Source: Eledone cirrhosa (lineage: Eukaryota). From it: a stretch of DNA of 64,000 bases. Below are positions 52,104 through 64,000 of this stretch, one piece after another. A program made the translations under genes and the position numbers. A model generated the notes under the pieces. That model was not told where the DNA came from. It did not search any database and saw nothing but the letters and a program-made list of their open reading frames with translations. The stretch is from contig OZ024764.1 of the NCBI GenBank assembly GCA_964016885.1, positions 21,576,001-21,640,000 on the forward strand, written 5' to 3'. Each line of letters starts with the position of its first letter. Within the stretch, counting starts at the first letter, position 1.

Positions 52104-54683
52104 CAAACTATTGTGCTATAGAATTGACAAACTTGAGGAATCTTTAATAAATGTTACAAATTTTTCCAAACTGTCATTTACTAACTTTAATTTGAAGCTA
52201 TATTATCTATATACTACTAAAACTCTGTGATTGTGTCTTGTCTGTAATTTAATACAGCTAAAACAGTGCATAATGGGGAAATACTTTGAAAAGAATAAAA
52301 CAAGTTTTGTATAAAATGGAGCACAGGTTCCCAAGATACGGGGTTTTCTGGGTACCTTCATAAATATAGGGAGAGAAAGAGATAGTGGTTGTGAGAGTGA
52401 GGAGACAGATGGAAGAGGGAGGGAGAGAGAGAGCTGCTGGTGTTGTTTAATAAAATGTGTGCGTATATATATATACATATGTGTCTATATATATATATAT
52501 GTCTGTATATTTTAACTACTTGAAAATTATTTTTAAGTGAACATGATTTTAAAATAATAGTTTTAAGGGAACGTGACCCAACAGGTCGCGGGTGGTCTAG
52601 TTTGTTACTAAATACTAGATATTAGAGGGTCATGTTGTTCTAGATGTGCTGGAAGAGCCATTCCATCTCGTGAGGCTCACACCAGCAGCTAGCCACCTCA
52701 GCACCTATGGTGGTATATTTATTATATTATTTATTCTTTATCATTAACATTAATATAAAAGATAATTATATATTTTTAGAGAAGAACCTCTAATTTTATA
52801 TAGCTTAGGGCTTCAGTAGGTAAAAGTCTGGCCCTGCTTGTCTTGTATTTTTTAGGGGAGAAGTTAGGGAATACTGTTATTGTGTGAAAGTTTTCTAAAT
52901 CTTCTTCAGCCACTAACATGGAGAAGATATTTCAGTAAGAAGGTTCACGTCCTGACATCTATAGCTGTTAACAATGAGATTGGAATTCATTATTAAACAA
53001 ATGTTATATCATCATCACTGTTTTACATCATTTTTTCCACACTGGCATGGGTTAGACGAGTTATCCTGTTGTAAGCAATGCCAGGTCAGGTGACCACGTG
53101 TTGCTCCTACAGAACAAATTTTGGATTGGTTTCTACAGCTGGATGCCCTTCCTAGTACCAACCTTATTTACATTAAGTACTGGGTGCATTTTACCATCTT
53201 ACCATCATGACCACTTTACAGTGTGCGCTGGGTGCTTTTTGTTGTGACACCTACATGACCAATTTACAGTGTGGGCTGGGTGCTTTTTGTTGTGACACCT
53301 ACATGACCAATTTACAGTGTGCGCTGGGTGCTTTTTGTTGTGACACCTACATGACCAATTTACAGTGTGGGCTGGGTGCTTTTTGTTGTGACACCTACAT
53401 GACCACTTTACAGTTTGGACTGGGTGCTTTTTGTCGTGAAACCTACATAACCACTTTATAGTGTGGACTGGGTACTTTTTGTTGTGACACCAACATGACC
53501 ATTTTAAAGTTTTGGCTGGGTACTTTTTGTTGTCACCTACATGACCACTTTACAGTGTGGGCTGGGAGCTTTTTGCTGTGACACCTACGCAACCGCTTTA
53601 TAGTGTGGGCTGGTTTCTTTTTGTCATATCACCTACATGACCAGTTTATAGTATTGGCTGTGTGTTCTTTACAGTGTGTGCTGGTTTCTTTTTGTCATAT
53701 CTCCTACATGACCACCTTATAATGTTTACTGTGTGTTCTTTGCAGTGTGGGTTGGGTGCTTTTTGTCAAATCACCTACATGACCACCTTATAATGTTGAC
53801 TGTGTGTTCTCTACAGTGTGGGTTGGGTGCTTTTTGTCATATCACCTACCCAACCACTTTGCAGTATGGGCAGTGAAATATCAGTAATGCACCAGCTCCA
53901 ATATTCAGTAATCAGAAGAAGGGAGGTAGGCATAAAAGCCAAACTTGCTGTCTTCAATTAGGTTTTTGTGCCAACCCTTACCTATGGTCACATATCTTGG
54001 GTAATGACCAAAAGAATATGATTGGGAATACAAATGGCAGATATGGGATTCCTCTGAAGGGTCTTTGAAGGAACTTTTCTCAATAAAGTGCATAGCTCTG
54101 AGATCAGAGAGTCACTCCAGGTGGAGCTGTTACTTCTCCTAATTGAGAGATCACAGCTGCAATACTATGGCCATGTGGTTAGAATGTCTGAGGAAAGAAT
54201 CACTGGATAGATTTTACAGGCAAAACTAACCGGCAGGAGACCTAGGGGTAGACCTGAGCAAGATGGTCACATAACATCCATGAGCTTGGCTGGTCTCTCT
54301 GGGAGATCCAGCCAGACCAGTTGGAGTGGGTTGCTTCTGACAGGACCTGTTGGAGGGAGTGTTTGAGGACTCTGCCCCCAAGACCCTCTCTGCAATAAGA
54401 AGAGCTTGAGGTTACAAAATCAACATCAGATTTCCCTGCTAGCAAGGGTTTAATGAGTCTACTTCAACCAAGTAAGTACTAAAGTGAGGCTACTGATCTC
54501 CCAGACAGACCAAGGATCTGAGACTTATTTACATAAGGTCTCATTTGCTACTGAGTGCACAGAAAAGGTTGTCATGATTGAAGGGTTCTCCGACACTATT
54601 GTCGGGCAAGCTTTCTATGGCTAGATGTCCTTCACATGACCAACCACATTACAGCCTGTGTTGGGTGTGTTTATCATGTAGGT

Positions 54684-57050
54684 GAGACATAACAAACTGA
54701 GGGTTCCCCAAGGGCCACATAGGTCACATGTGTTGTCTGAGGGTTGCACACTACAACTAATTATGTACACGACAACTAATTAGTCATTTAATAAAATATA
54801 TTGCAGAAAGATTTGTTACTTAAATTTAGAAACATACAATGTACATACAAATATCTTAGCAGCATTCATGAATACAAAGTAATGAAGTAGTTTGACAAAA
54901 AACTAAAATTTCACATGTCAACATATACTTGCAGATTGTAACAGCAACAAATACATTGTACACAAATAACAACAGTTGAAAACTGAACATTTATTTGCTA
55001 CTATTCAACTATTTTTAGTATTTTGTCCTGAGGCTTGACACTTCTTTCTGTTGACTATGTTTGGTATGTCTGGCTGAAATGTCTGTACAGTTCCAACTTT
55101 AATCAGATGACAAGTGTTGATCAGTCAGCCTTGTTGTCTGAGAAGTTTTTGTTAATTTATTAAGGAAAATAACTGTCCACTCACATAGTTAGAACCAAAC
55201 ATTGCCATAATCTTTGTGACAAACTTTCTGATGTTAATAAACTTTTCAGGAAGGTATGAAAAGAAACCAGGTATCCCCACTACAAAATACTTTTTTCTGA
55301 GTGTAGAATCTGACTGCATTTCCAATAGTTCCATCTGCAGGCATTCTTCTGCCTTCATCAAAGGTGAATGGTGCTGAGAATAATGTAAACTGATGTTCAA
55401 AAAATGAGAAATCACAAAATCTTTCTTGAAATTTCTTTAACAACAATTCCAGGTGACTGTCATACTTAACTAGGCTAAATACAGACTCAGTATTGGCAGT
55501 GTTTTTCAGTTCTTTGCACATAGGAAAATGAACTAAATTTTCATCTGACGACGGAGATTTCCATAAGCTTAGTTTTCTAATGAAGCACTTGATGTCATCA
55601 TTCAACTGATTGATGGGTTTGTTTTAACCTTGTAATTTCAAATTAAGATCAGTTAATTGTGCAGTAATATCCACAACAAACCAGATGTTGGAGCCAACTT
55701 TCATCTTTTATTTCATCTGTGTTTTAACCGTTTCTCTCCAAAAACGTAATTATTTGTTGTCTCAACAAATAGAATCTTTTCAGCACTTTGTGACATGTCA
55801 ACCAGCAGACTTCTGTGTAGAATGGAACATCAGCGAACTGATTATCCATATCTTCCAACAACTGGCTGAACTGACGGTGGTTGAGAGCACGGCCTCTGAT
55901 TTAGTTCACTGTCTTTGTGACCAAGCTAAGCACATGATGCAATTTAAAAATCTTTGAACATAAATTTTGTTCATGAATAATACAGTGAAAATGTGCAAAT
56001 GATGAATCTAGATATGAGTTTTCTATTTTTGTTTGTAACTTGGCAGCAACACCATTATGTCTACCAACCATATTTGCAGCACTGTCAGTAGATAAACATG
56101 CAAGTTTACTCAGATCAAAACCATGCAGACCCTGCTTGACCTTCTCAAAGATGTCCTGGCTTGTTATAGTGTCATGCATGGGGACCAGTTCAATCAGTTC
56201 TTCATAAATATTAAATTCACAGTCACAGGCCCTGGTGAAGAATGCAAGCTGTACTATTCCAGTGATGTCAACAGTCTCATCAATAGCAATAGAAACATGT
56301 TCAAACCTTGATGATACAGCCTTTAACTGTTGTTTCAGATCACCTGACATTTCATTAATCTGTTCAGCAACAGTGTTCCTGATTAATGAAATGTCTTTGA
56401 ATAACTCTGCTTTCTCTGGACAATTTCAGCTGTTTTTACAAGACATTGCTTTACAAAATCTCCTTCACTGTAAGATTTCCCACTCATGGCAATCATTTGA
56501 CTGAGTTCATAGCTTGCAGTAACAGAAGTGACATCCTCTTCCTGAATTAACATAAAACAGGTCTGTTGCTGTGTCAAGTTAGACTTCAATTCCTTGAGTC
56601 TTGAAACACACATTGGGCCTTCATATTTATCGTAAGATCGACGGTTTGTTTCATAATGTCTTTTTAAATTGTACTCTTTTGTCGTGGAGATGTAGTTGTT
56701 GCAAATTAAACAGTGTATCTTTCTGTTCACCATTGGGCAAAAATACTGTAATTCCCACTTTTCTTGAAACACTTGCCCTTCTTCGTTCACTTTCCTTTTT
56801 CTCTTAGCTGGAGGAGCACTAACCATTTCAAAAACGAAATCATTTGAAATTTTGAAAGAAAGTTTTCTGTTAATGAGCTGCACGTGATTAATGGAAGTTA
56901 AAAGTAGTTGACAAAAATTGCACCAAAAAAAATAATTGTATCGAAAATGTTTTAAATTTTATATTACGAAAATGAAACATGGTCGCACTGTAAAAACCTT
57001 TGTGTGGGCCGCAGGTTTGCTTGCAAAGGGCCGCATGTTTGACATGTCTG
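54684..57050 (-). mobile_element. hAT GTF2IRD2/SPIN-like transposon (copy 3, least deleted)
   Basis: TSD ATGTAGGT on both sides. Retains SIAIDETVD, LSTDSAANMVG, HCIIH and MFGSNYVSGQLFS (dimerization region). Confidence 0.92.
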
Positions 57051-57872
57051 ATGTAGGTTACCAACACTAGGGAGGGCAGCATGTCCATCAGTGTCTTCTG
57101 CTACATTAACTACCAGGAGATCACCACATGAGTCAAAGACTACATTTCAAAGAAGGGTCATAAAAGAACTAAATACGAAAGTCCTCACAGCAAAAAGCAA
57201 ATTATTGAGCTTTGGGTCTAGGTTAAGGGGGCAGAAGTGCTGCGTCCTGTGGATAAGACTGCAAAAGTATTCGCCCCGGACGATGGACAGTTACAGCCAC
57301 CCCAACCTCATGGGCCTCCCTCTTCAGAAGGGCCACCAACGTACTGATCTTACAGAGGAACTTGGCAGTACGGGGTCCAAGTACTTCTGAGGTCTCAATG
57401 GTGACCAGTGTGAAGAGACCTACAAATGATGTCATCCCAGTTATGTTGGACTGTAATATACTGGGGTTTAGAGAGACCTTAACCTGTCTCAGCCAAGTCA
57501 CCCAGGGTTGTGTCATCTAGGTACCAGACAGGGGTAACTAGACCATGTTGTCAACTGTCACCACCAATAGGAGTGAGGCGAGTGGGTCCCCTTGCTAGAC
57601 ACCATATATAAAAACGTATTTGCTAATTACTTTAATGAATAATTTGTTTCATATGTAATTATTACTTTTAACACAATAGGATTTTGTACACGTGTTTGTT
57701 TGAAAACATCTTTCAAAGAAGTATGAGACAGTCTTTTGTAGTCTTCTGGAGTTGCGACCGATAGATAGTATTAGCAATTGGAAAGACCAATGGAAACATT
57801 GTTTCCTCGGTCCGATTTGACGAAAAGTCGATCGTAAAAAAAATATATATATTTATATATATATATATATAT

Positions 57873-58558
57873 AAGGTGGAAGACTTATGTAGATTAGAGA
57901 GAAACGAAGCCTGCATGCTCCGATGGATGTGTAACAGTAATATACGTGAACGACAAAGCATAAAGGAATTGAGAGAGAGACTGAGCATAAGAGGAATCAA
58001 ATGCTGCGTGCAGGAGAGGCGGTTACGCTGGTATGGACATGTGATGCGTATGAAGGATGACAGCTGCATAAAAAGGTGCAGAGCACTAGAAGTTGATGGA
58101 AACCGCGGAGTGGGGAGACCCAAGATGACTTGGGATGAGGTGATAAAAGCCGACCTTACCCAACTACACCTCTCAAAGTCAATGACACACGACCATGACT
58201 TCTGGCGTCACGCAGTAATACAGGGTACCCGACCTCCCATGGGTACATGCTGAAGCATATAAACAATATGCCCCCACTCCCCCCACCACAAGGTGGTCGT
58301 GGAGGTGCCACGGCGAAAAAGCACCCAGCCCACACTGTAAAGTGGACGTGTAGGCTCCACGAAAAAGCACCCAGCACTCACTGTAAATGAGGTTGGTGTT
58401 AGGAAGGGCATCCAGCTGTAGAAATCAAGCCAGATCAGTTCCTGTATGAGCAAGGCATGGTCAGCCGACCAGACACTGCCCACAACAGGACAACCCGTCT
58501 AACCCATGCTAGCGTGGAAGAACGGACGTAAAACGGTGATGATGATGATGATGATGAT
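57873..58558 (+). mobile_element. Short 5'-truncated copy of the young RTE
   Basis: Near-identical to 9720-10403, with a (GAT)n tail, inserted in (TA)n. Empty site at 4530-4550. Confidence 0.93.
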
Positions 58559-59330
58559 ATATAGAGAGATAGAGAAACACACAAACGTACACTACTGTAA
58601 AACACATGTAAGGGGAGACAATTCTCGTTACATTCCCCCTTCTTTTTGATATACGTTCTTTATATGTTTTGTACAATGGAACCTGCTTTATTTTGTGTCC
58701 TAAGTAAATTTCTGTTTAAGTATTTACGAGATTCACAATGATTAACGTAACCAAGTTACTTACATAGAGATATATTTCACATAGAATCACAACAAATGAA
58801 AATATTAAGTCAACACTCTGTCAATCAGTCTCACATCACATGGGTTGCCGGAGTCTCCCTCTAATACTTTCTGAGGCAGTCTTACCTCGAGTGAGATCTT
58901 TTACTGTCCCTATCCTTTTCTCTAGGTTGTCTTGTACCTCTCACAGTCCCTCTAGATGTTATGTTAAACAGGGAGATCTTTTACTCTCCAACCCTTCTAT
59001 CTCCAGATAGTCTTGTATCTATCAGTCCCTCTAGATATTACACCTAGTATCTAGTCTATGTTGAGTCGCACGTCCTTCTCCAGTAAAGGAGTTAATATTC
59101 CCAGCCATCTGTCTATCCTGTTTTCTGATGAGAATGAAGTCAATCTAGTTTATCTCTTCACCTGATTGAAGTAACTAGATCAAGTAACTAGATGTTTTCC
59201 TGTAAGTTAGTGTGGCAGTGTTTGTGTCACCATGTAAGGTTTATATCTATTAATATAGAGATGTAGTAAAGTTTTCACTGTTGTATCTCTACTTTCTAAA
59301 TATCTTAATAATGTTTCTCTACTATTTCAG

Positions 59331-59724
59331 AATATCACATGACCTTGACAGAAAAGAGTCTTTTAAAGACAACAGAAAGATGTTACATACAAGTGATATA
59401 AACTTGTTTAGTCTGTGGTGAATTATGGTGAAATATTTCTTCTGAATTGAGATAAATAACAACATTTTCCTTTTTCACTGTCTGGAATATTTACAAGATG
59501 ATTTTACATTCTGATTAAACTTTGGATATTTACAAAGGAGTTTTCAAAATATTTGGATATTGACAAAGATCACATTTGATAAAATTATGAACAATAGAAA
59601 TATTTACATCAACATAGGAATATTTTCCAGAAGAGATGGGAAAATCATTATACCACTGTAATATTTGTGGTAAAGTATTCTCTCTTCTTCATATGTAGAA
59701 CATCTAACTAAACACTTTAACTAT
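59331..59724 (+). pseudogene. Decayed ZNF exon relic (copy)
   Basis: Homologous to 18117-18507. Confidence 0.65.
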
Positions 59725-60030
59725 CAAACTATTGTGCTATAGAATTGACAAACTTGAGGAATGTTTAATAAATGTTACAGATTTCTCCAAACTGTCATTT
59801 ACTAACTTTAATTTGAAGCTATATTATCTATATACTACTAAAACTCTGTGATTGTGTCTTGTCCGTAATTTAATACAGCTAAAACAGTGCATAATGGGGA
59901 AATACTTTGAAAAGAATAAAACAAGTTTTGTATAAAATGGAGCACAGGTTCCCAAGATACGGGGTTTTCTGGGTACCTTCATAAATATAGGGAGAGAGCG
60001 AGAGAGTGGGCGCTGGTGGTGTTGTTTAAT

Positions 60031-60070
<40 letters not shown>

Positions 60071-60739
60071 CGTATGTGTATATTTTAACTATTTAAAAAT
60101 TATTTTTAAATAACTTAAAAGATAATTTTAAGGCAACGTGACCCAACAGGTCCCGGGTGGTCTAGTTTGTAACTAAATACTAGATATTAGAGGGTCATGT
60201 TCTAGATGTGCTGGAAGAGCTATTCCATCTTGTGAGGTTCACAGATGCAGCTAGCCACCTCAGCACCTATGGTGGTATATTTATTATATTATTTATTCTT
60301 TATCATTAACATTAATATAAAAGATAATTATATATTTTTAGAAAAGAACCTCTAACTTCATATAATTTAGGGCTTCAGTAGGTAAAAGTCTGGCCCTGCT
60401 TGTCTTGTATTTTTTAGGGGAGAAGTTAGGGAATACTGTTATTGGGTGAAAGTTTTCTAAATCTTCTTCAGCCACTAACATGGAGAAGATATTTCAGTAA
60501 GAAGGTTCACATCCTGACATCTATAGCTGTTAACAATGAGATTGGAATTCATTATTAAACAAATGTTATATCATCATCACTGTTTTACATCATTTTTTCC
60601 ACGCTGGCATGGGTTAGACGAGTTATCCTGTTGTAAGCAATGCCAGGTCAGGTGACCATGTCTGGCTCCTACAGAACCAATTTTGGTTTGGTTTCTACAG
60701 CTGGATGACCTTCCTAGCACCAACCTTATTTACATTAAG

Positions 60740-61322
60740 TACTGGGTGCTTTTTGTTGTGACACCTACATGACCACTTTACAGTGTGGTCTGGGTGCTTT
60801 TTGTTGTGACACCTACATGACCACTTTACAGTGTGGACTGGGTGCTTTTTGTTGTGACACCTACATGACCACTTTACAGTGTGGACTGGGTGCTTTTTGT
60901 TGTGACACCTACATGACCACTTTACAGTGTGGTCTGGGTGCTTTTTGTTGTGACACCTACATGATCACTTTACAGTGTGGACTTAGTACTTTTTGTTGTG
61001 ACACCTACATGACCACTATACAGTGTGGACTGGGTACGTTTTGTCATGACACCTACATGACCACTATACAGTGTGGACTGGGTACGTTTTGTCATGACAC
61101 CTACATGACCACTTTACAGTGTGGACTGGGTGCTTTTTGTTGTGACACCTACATGACCACTTTACAGTGTGGTCTGGGTGCTTTTTGTTGTGACACCTAC
61201 ATCACCACTTTACAGTGTGGACTTAGTACTTTTTGTTGTGACACCTACATGACCACTATACAGTGTGTACTGGGTACTTTTTGTCATGACACCTACACAA
61301 CCTCTTTACAGTGTTGGCAGTG
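60740..61322. repeat. 48-bp minisatellite, about 12 homogeneous copies
   Basis: Gives the spurious MTTLQCGLGAFCCDTY repeat ORF. Confidence 0.95.
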
Positions 61323-61441
61323 AAATATCTAATGCACCAGCTTCAGTAATCAGAAGATCGCTGTTTTCTATATTATAATTTTATAATATACATATAAACA
61401 CACATACAAACACACACATGTATATATACAGTATATATATA

Positions 61442-63358
61442 TACGAGTGTCCCAAGTAAAGAGTTTTTCGAGATACGAGCCGTCCCTCGGCTGATTTTTT
61501 GCGTTGAGTTCCAGTTCTAGTTGGCATAGCGACCGCCACAGGGAATACCATAACACCCGTCCAGCATCCCATGGGTTCGAAGAAAGTGAGGGCGAAGGAC
61601 AGTGCTGAGAAGAAGAAGCAGATGATGTGTATTGAATTAAAGAAAGAAATTATAGAAAAACATGTCCAAGGTGTGTGTGTAGTGGACTTGATAAAGGCTA
61701 TAACCCCAGCTAAGGGTGGTAAAATAATTTCTAAACAGCGGACCTCTATCCATGAAAATATGGAGAAGCAGCTTGCAAGAGATACTGTGATGAAGATTAT
61801 AATATGTGAGAAGGCACGAGCTATTTACGCTGATTTGCTGCAGCAGACCCCAGGTACTTCTACGGACGAGCCATCGGCAAGCCCTTTAATGCCAGTCGGG
61901 GTTGGTTTGAGAATTTTAAAAAGAGGACCGGCATTCACTCCGTTGACAGGCATGGTGAGGCAGCGAGCGCGGATATGAAGGCAGCTGAGGATTACCTCAA
62001 AACCCTTCCCTGAATTATAGCAGCCGAAGGATACATCCCTCAGCAAGTCTTTAACTGTGATGAAACAGGACTTTTTGGGAAGAAGATGCCAAGGAGGACT
62101 TATATAACGGCAGAGGAGAAGAGGATGCCTGGCCACAAACCCATGAAGGATAGGCTAACCCTCGCACTGTGCCACTGTGAACGTTGACTGTAAGATTAAG
62201 TTGCCGCTCGTTTATCATTCGGAAAACTTTAAGTCACATAAGATTCTGAAAGAAAAACTGCAGGTTATGTGGAGGGCAAACCTGAGGTCATGGGTCACCA
62301 GATAGTTCGTTGTGGATTGGGTGAATTTGGTCTTTGGTCCTGACGTTAAAAAATATCTCCATGAAAATAACCTACCCCTGTAAACCCTTCTTGTTCTGGA
62401 CAATACACCTGCTCACCCACCTAACCTCGAAGAGTTCAAGTTTATAAAGGTCCTCTACCTTCCACCAAACACCACCCCTAACCTACAGCCCAAGGACCAG
62501 CGGGTACTTTCTAATTTCAAGAAGCTCTTCACCAAGCACCTGTTCAGTCGCTGCTTTGAAATGACGGAGAGCGCAAACTTCACCCTTGAGAGGTCTGGAA
62601 GGACCATTATAACATCGTGATATGCCTCAGAATTATCGATATGACCTGGCAGGGTCATACAAAGAGGACCTTGACCTTTACATGGAAGAAGCTGTGGCCT
62701 GAAGTTGTGTCTAAAACAGACTTTGAAAGACTGGAACCCGAAGCGGCAGTGGTGGCGGAGATTGTACCCCTCGGTAAGTCCATGGGCCTGGACATGGATG
62801 AAGGTGACATCAACGAGCTCATCGAGGAGCACCCCGAGGAAATGACAACGAAGGAATTAAAGGAGCTACAGACACAGCAACACACGGAGTTTTTGCAGGA
62901 AATAGGTGACACAGAGGAGGTTATCTCAACAAGTGAGATGAAACAAACCTCATTAGACAGGTTTTTATCGAAAATCCCTGCAGATAAAAGTGAGGAATGC
63001 GTGGCGAAAGGGCAAAAATCAGCGAATAAGATTCAGTTATTCAGTTCATCCTTTCTCCTCCGTCAACATCCTCAAGTCGTCTGATCTCTAAGATAGATGC
63101 CGTACATTATACTTAATAAAACCAGTTTATTGTAGTACATTCTATTGTATTGTTTTTTATATACACTATTTGTTATTTATAAGTACATTTTTCTTATTTA
63201 AAAACACGTAACAAAACAAACTGTGGTTTTGGGGGGTCTGGAACGGATTAACGGCATTTTATTTTATTTCAGTGGGGAAAATTGATTTGACATACGAGTA
63301 ATTTAAGTTACGAGGTCCTCCACGGAACAAATTAAACTCATAAGTCAAGGTACAACAG
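61442..63358 (+). mobile_element. Tigger/pogo-like transposon (copy 2, left TIR lost)
   Basis: Collinear with 21673-23742; right TIR taagtcaaggtacaacag. Confidence 0.9.
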
Positions 63359-64000
63359 TGTGTGTATATATATATATATGAAGGAACGATCGACTTTCGT
63401 CAAATCGGACCGAGGAAGCAATGTTTCCATTGGTCTTTCTAATTGCTAGTACTATCGGTCGCAACTCCAGGTAGAAGGAACAACGTGAAATAAAGTGTCT
63501 TGCTCAAGGTCATAACGCATCGCCTGGTCCAGGAATCGAACTCACAACCTCAAGATATATATAAATGAAGAATATAGAAATTATTGTAGCAAAAAGCCAA
63601 CAGTATTCCATTATATATATGTATATATGTATATATAGTATAAAAGAGAAAACACAGGTAAGCATTAAGAGAAGGATTTTATCCAGGTATTTACGACCGT
63701 TTCATTGGTAAGTGCAACCTTATATTTCTATCCTGCAAATAGCAGCCACTCAATTATAATTGTTGTTCACAGTCCAAATTTTCAAAATAGTAAGTTACTC
63801 TTGAAATAATTCTTAATATATAGAGAAAAACATTTATTTGGAATTGTATTTACTAGTATAGAGAGAGAGGAATCAGAAGGTGAGGGGACAGACGGAATAG
63901 TATAGAGAGAGAGGAAGGGGGAAGAGGTAGGAAGTAGAGTGACAAACTGAGATGGAGGGAGGGGTAGAGGTGGCAGGATTCTTTGGTCAGTTTTGACAGC

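Noticed and set aside
54684-57050. Domesticated GTF2IRD2/EPM2AIP1-like host gene
   Set aside because: TIRs and the 8-bp TSD are retained and all copies are frameshifted or deleted, so it is a dead transposon.
60769-61323. Cys-rich repeat ORF (also 53207-53461), superficially metallothionein- or toxin-like
   Set aside because: It is the 48-bp minisatellite derived from the RTE 3' UTR; the other copies contain stops.

Overview
Eukaryotic, AT-rich, repeat-dense DNA. It is most likely a cephalopod (octopus-like) genome; this is inferred from the [16 protein letters not shown] finger arrays, the RTE LINEs and the SINE motifs, and was not tested by a search. The window is a recently and tandemly duplicated cluster of C2H2 zinc-finger genes with no effector domain. 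The three + strand paralogs are at 15661-16775 (13 fingers, frameshifted after finger 9), 34604-35803 (14 fingers) and 49903-50766 (10 fingers). Each has a predicted CpG-motif promoter, a non-coding first exon and a 5.6-9 kb intron full of transposons. A fourth repeat unit (about 53900-58893) has lost its promoter and gene. The rest is nested mobile DNA: young and old RTE LINEs, a CR1-type LINE, CRE-clade RLE retrotransposons, hAT (GTF2IRD2/SPIN-like) and Tigger/pogo DNA transposons, Helitron-like and piggyBac-like non-autonomous elements, a foldback MITE, tRNA-derived SINEs, LTR-like relics and several minisatellites. The most notable observations are cassette-like shuffling of zinc fingers between paralogs, a conserved AG|GTAAG site plus a decayed sister ZNF exon downstream of every gene, and homologous 60-bp motifs arrayed in opposite orientations around each promoter. 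All coordinates and alignments were read by eye.
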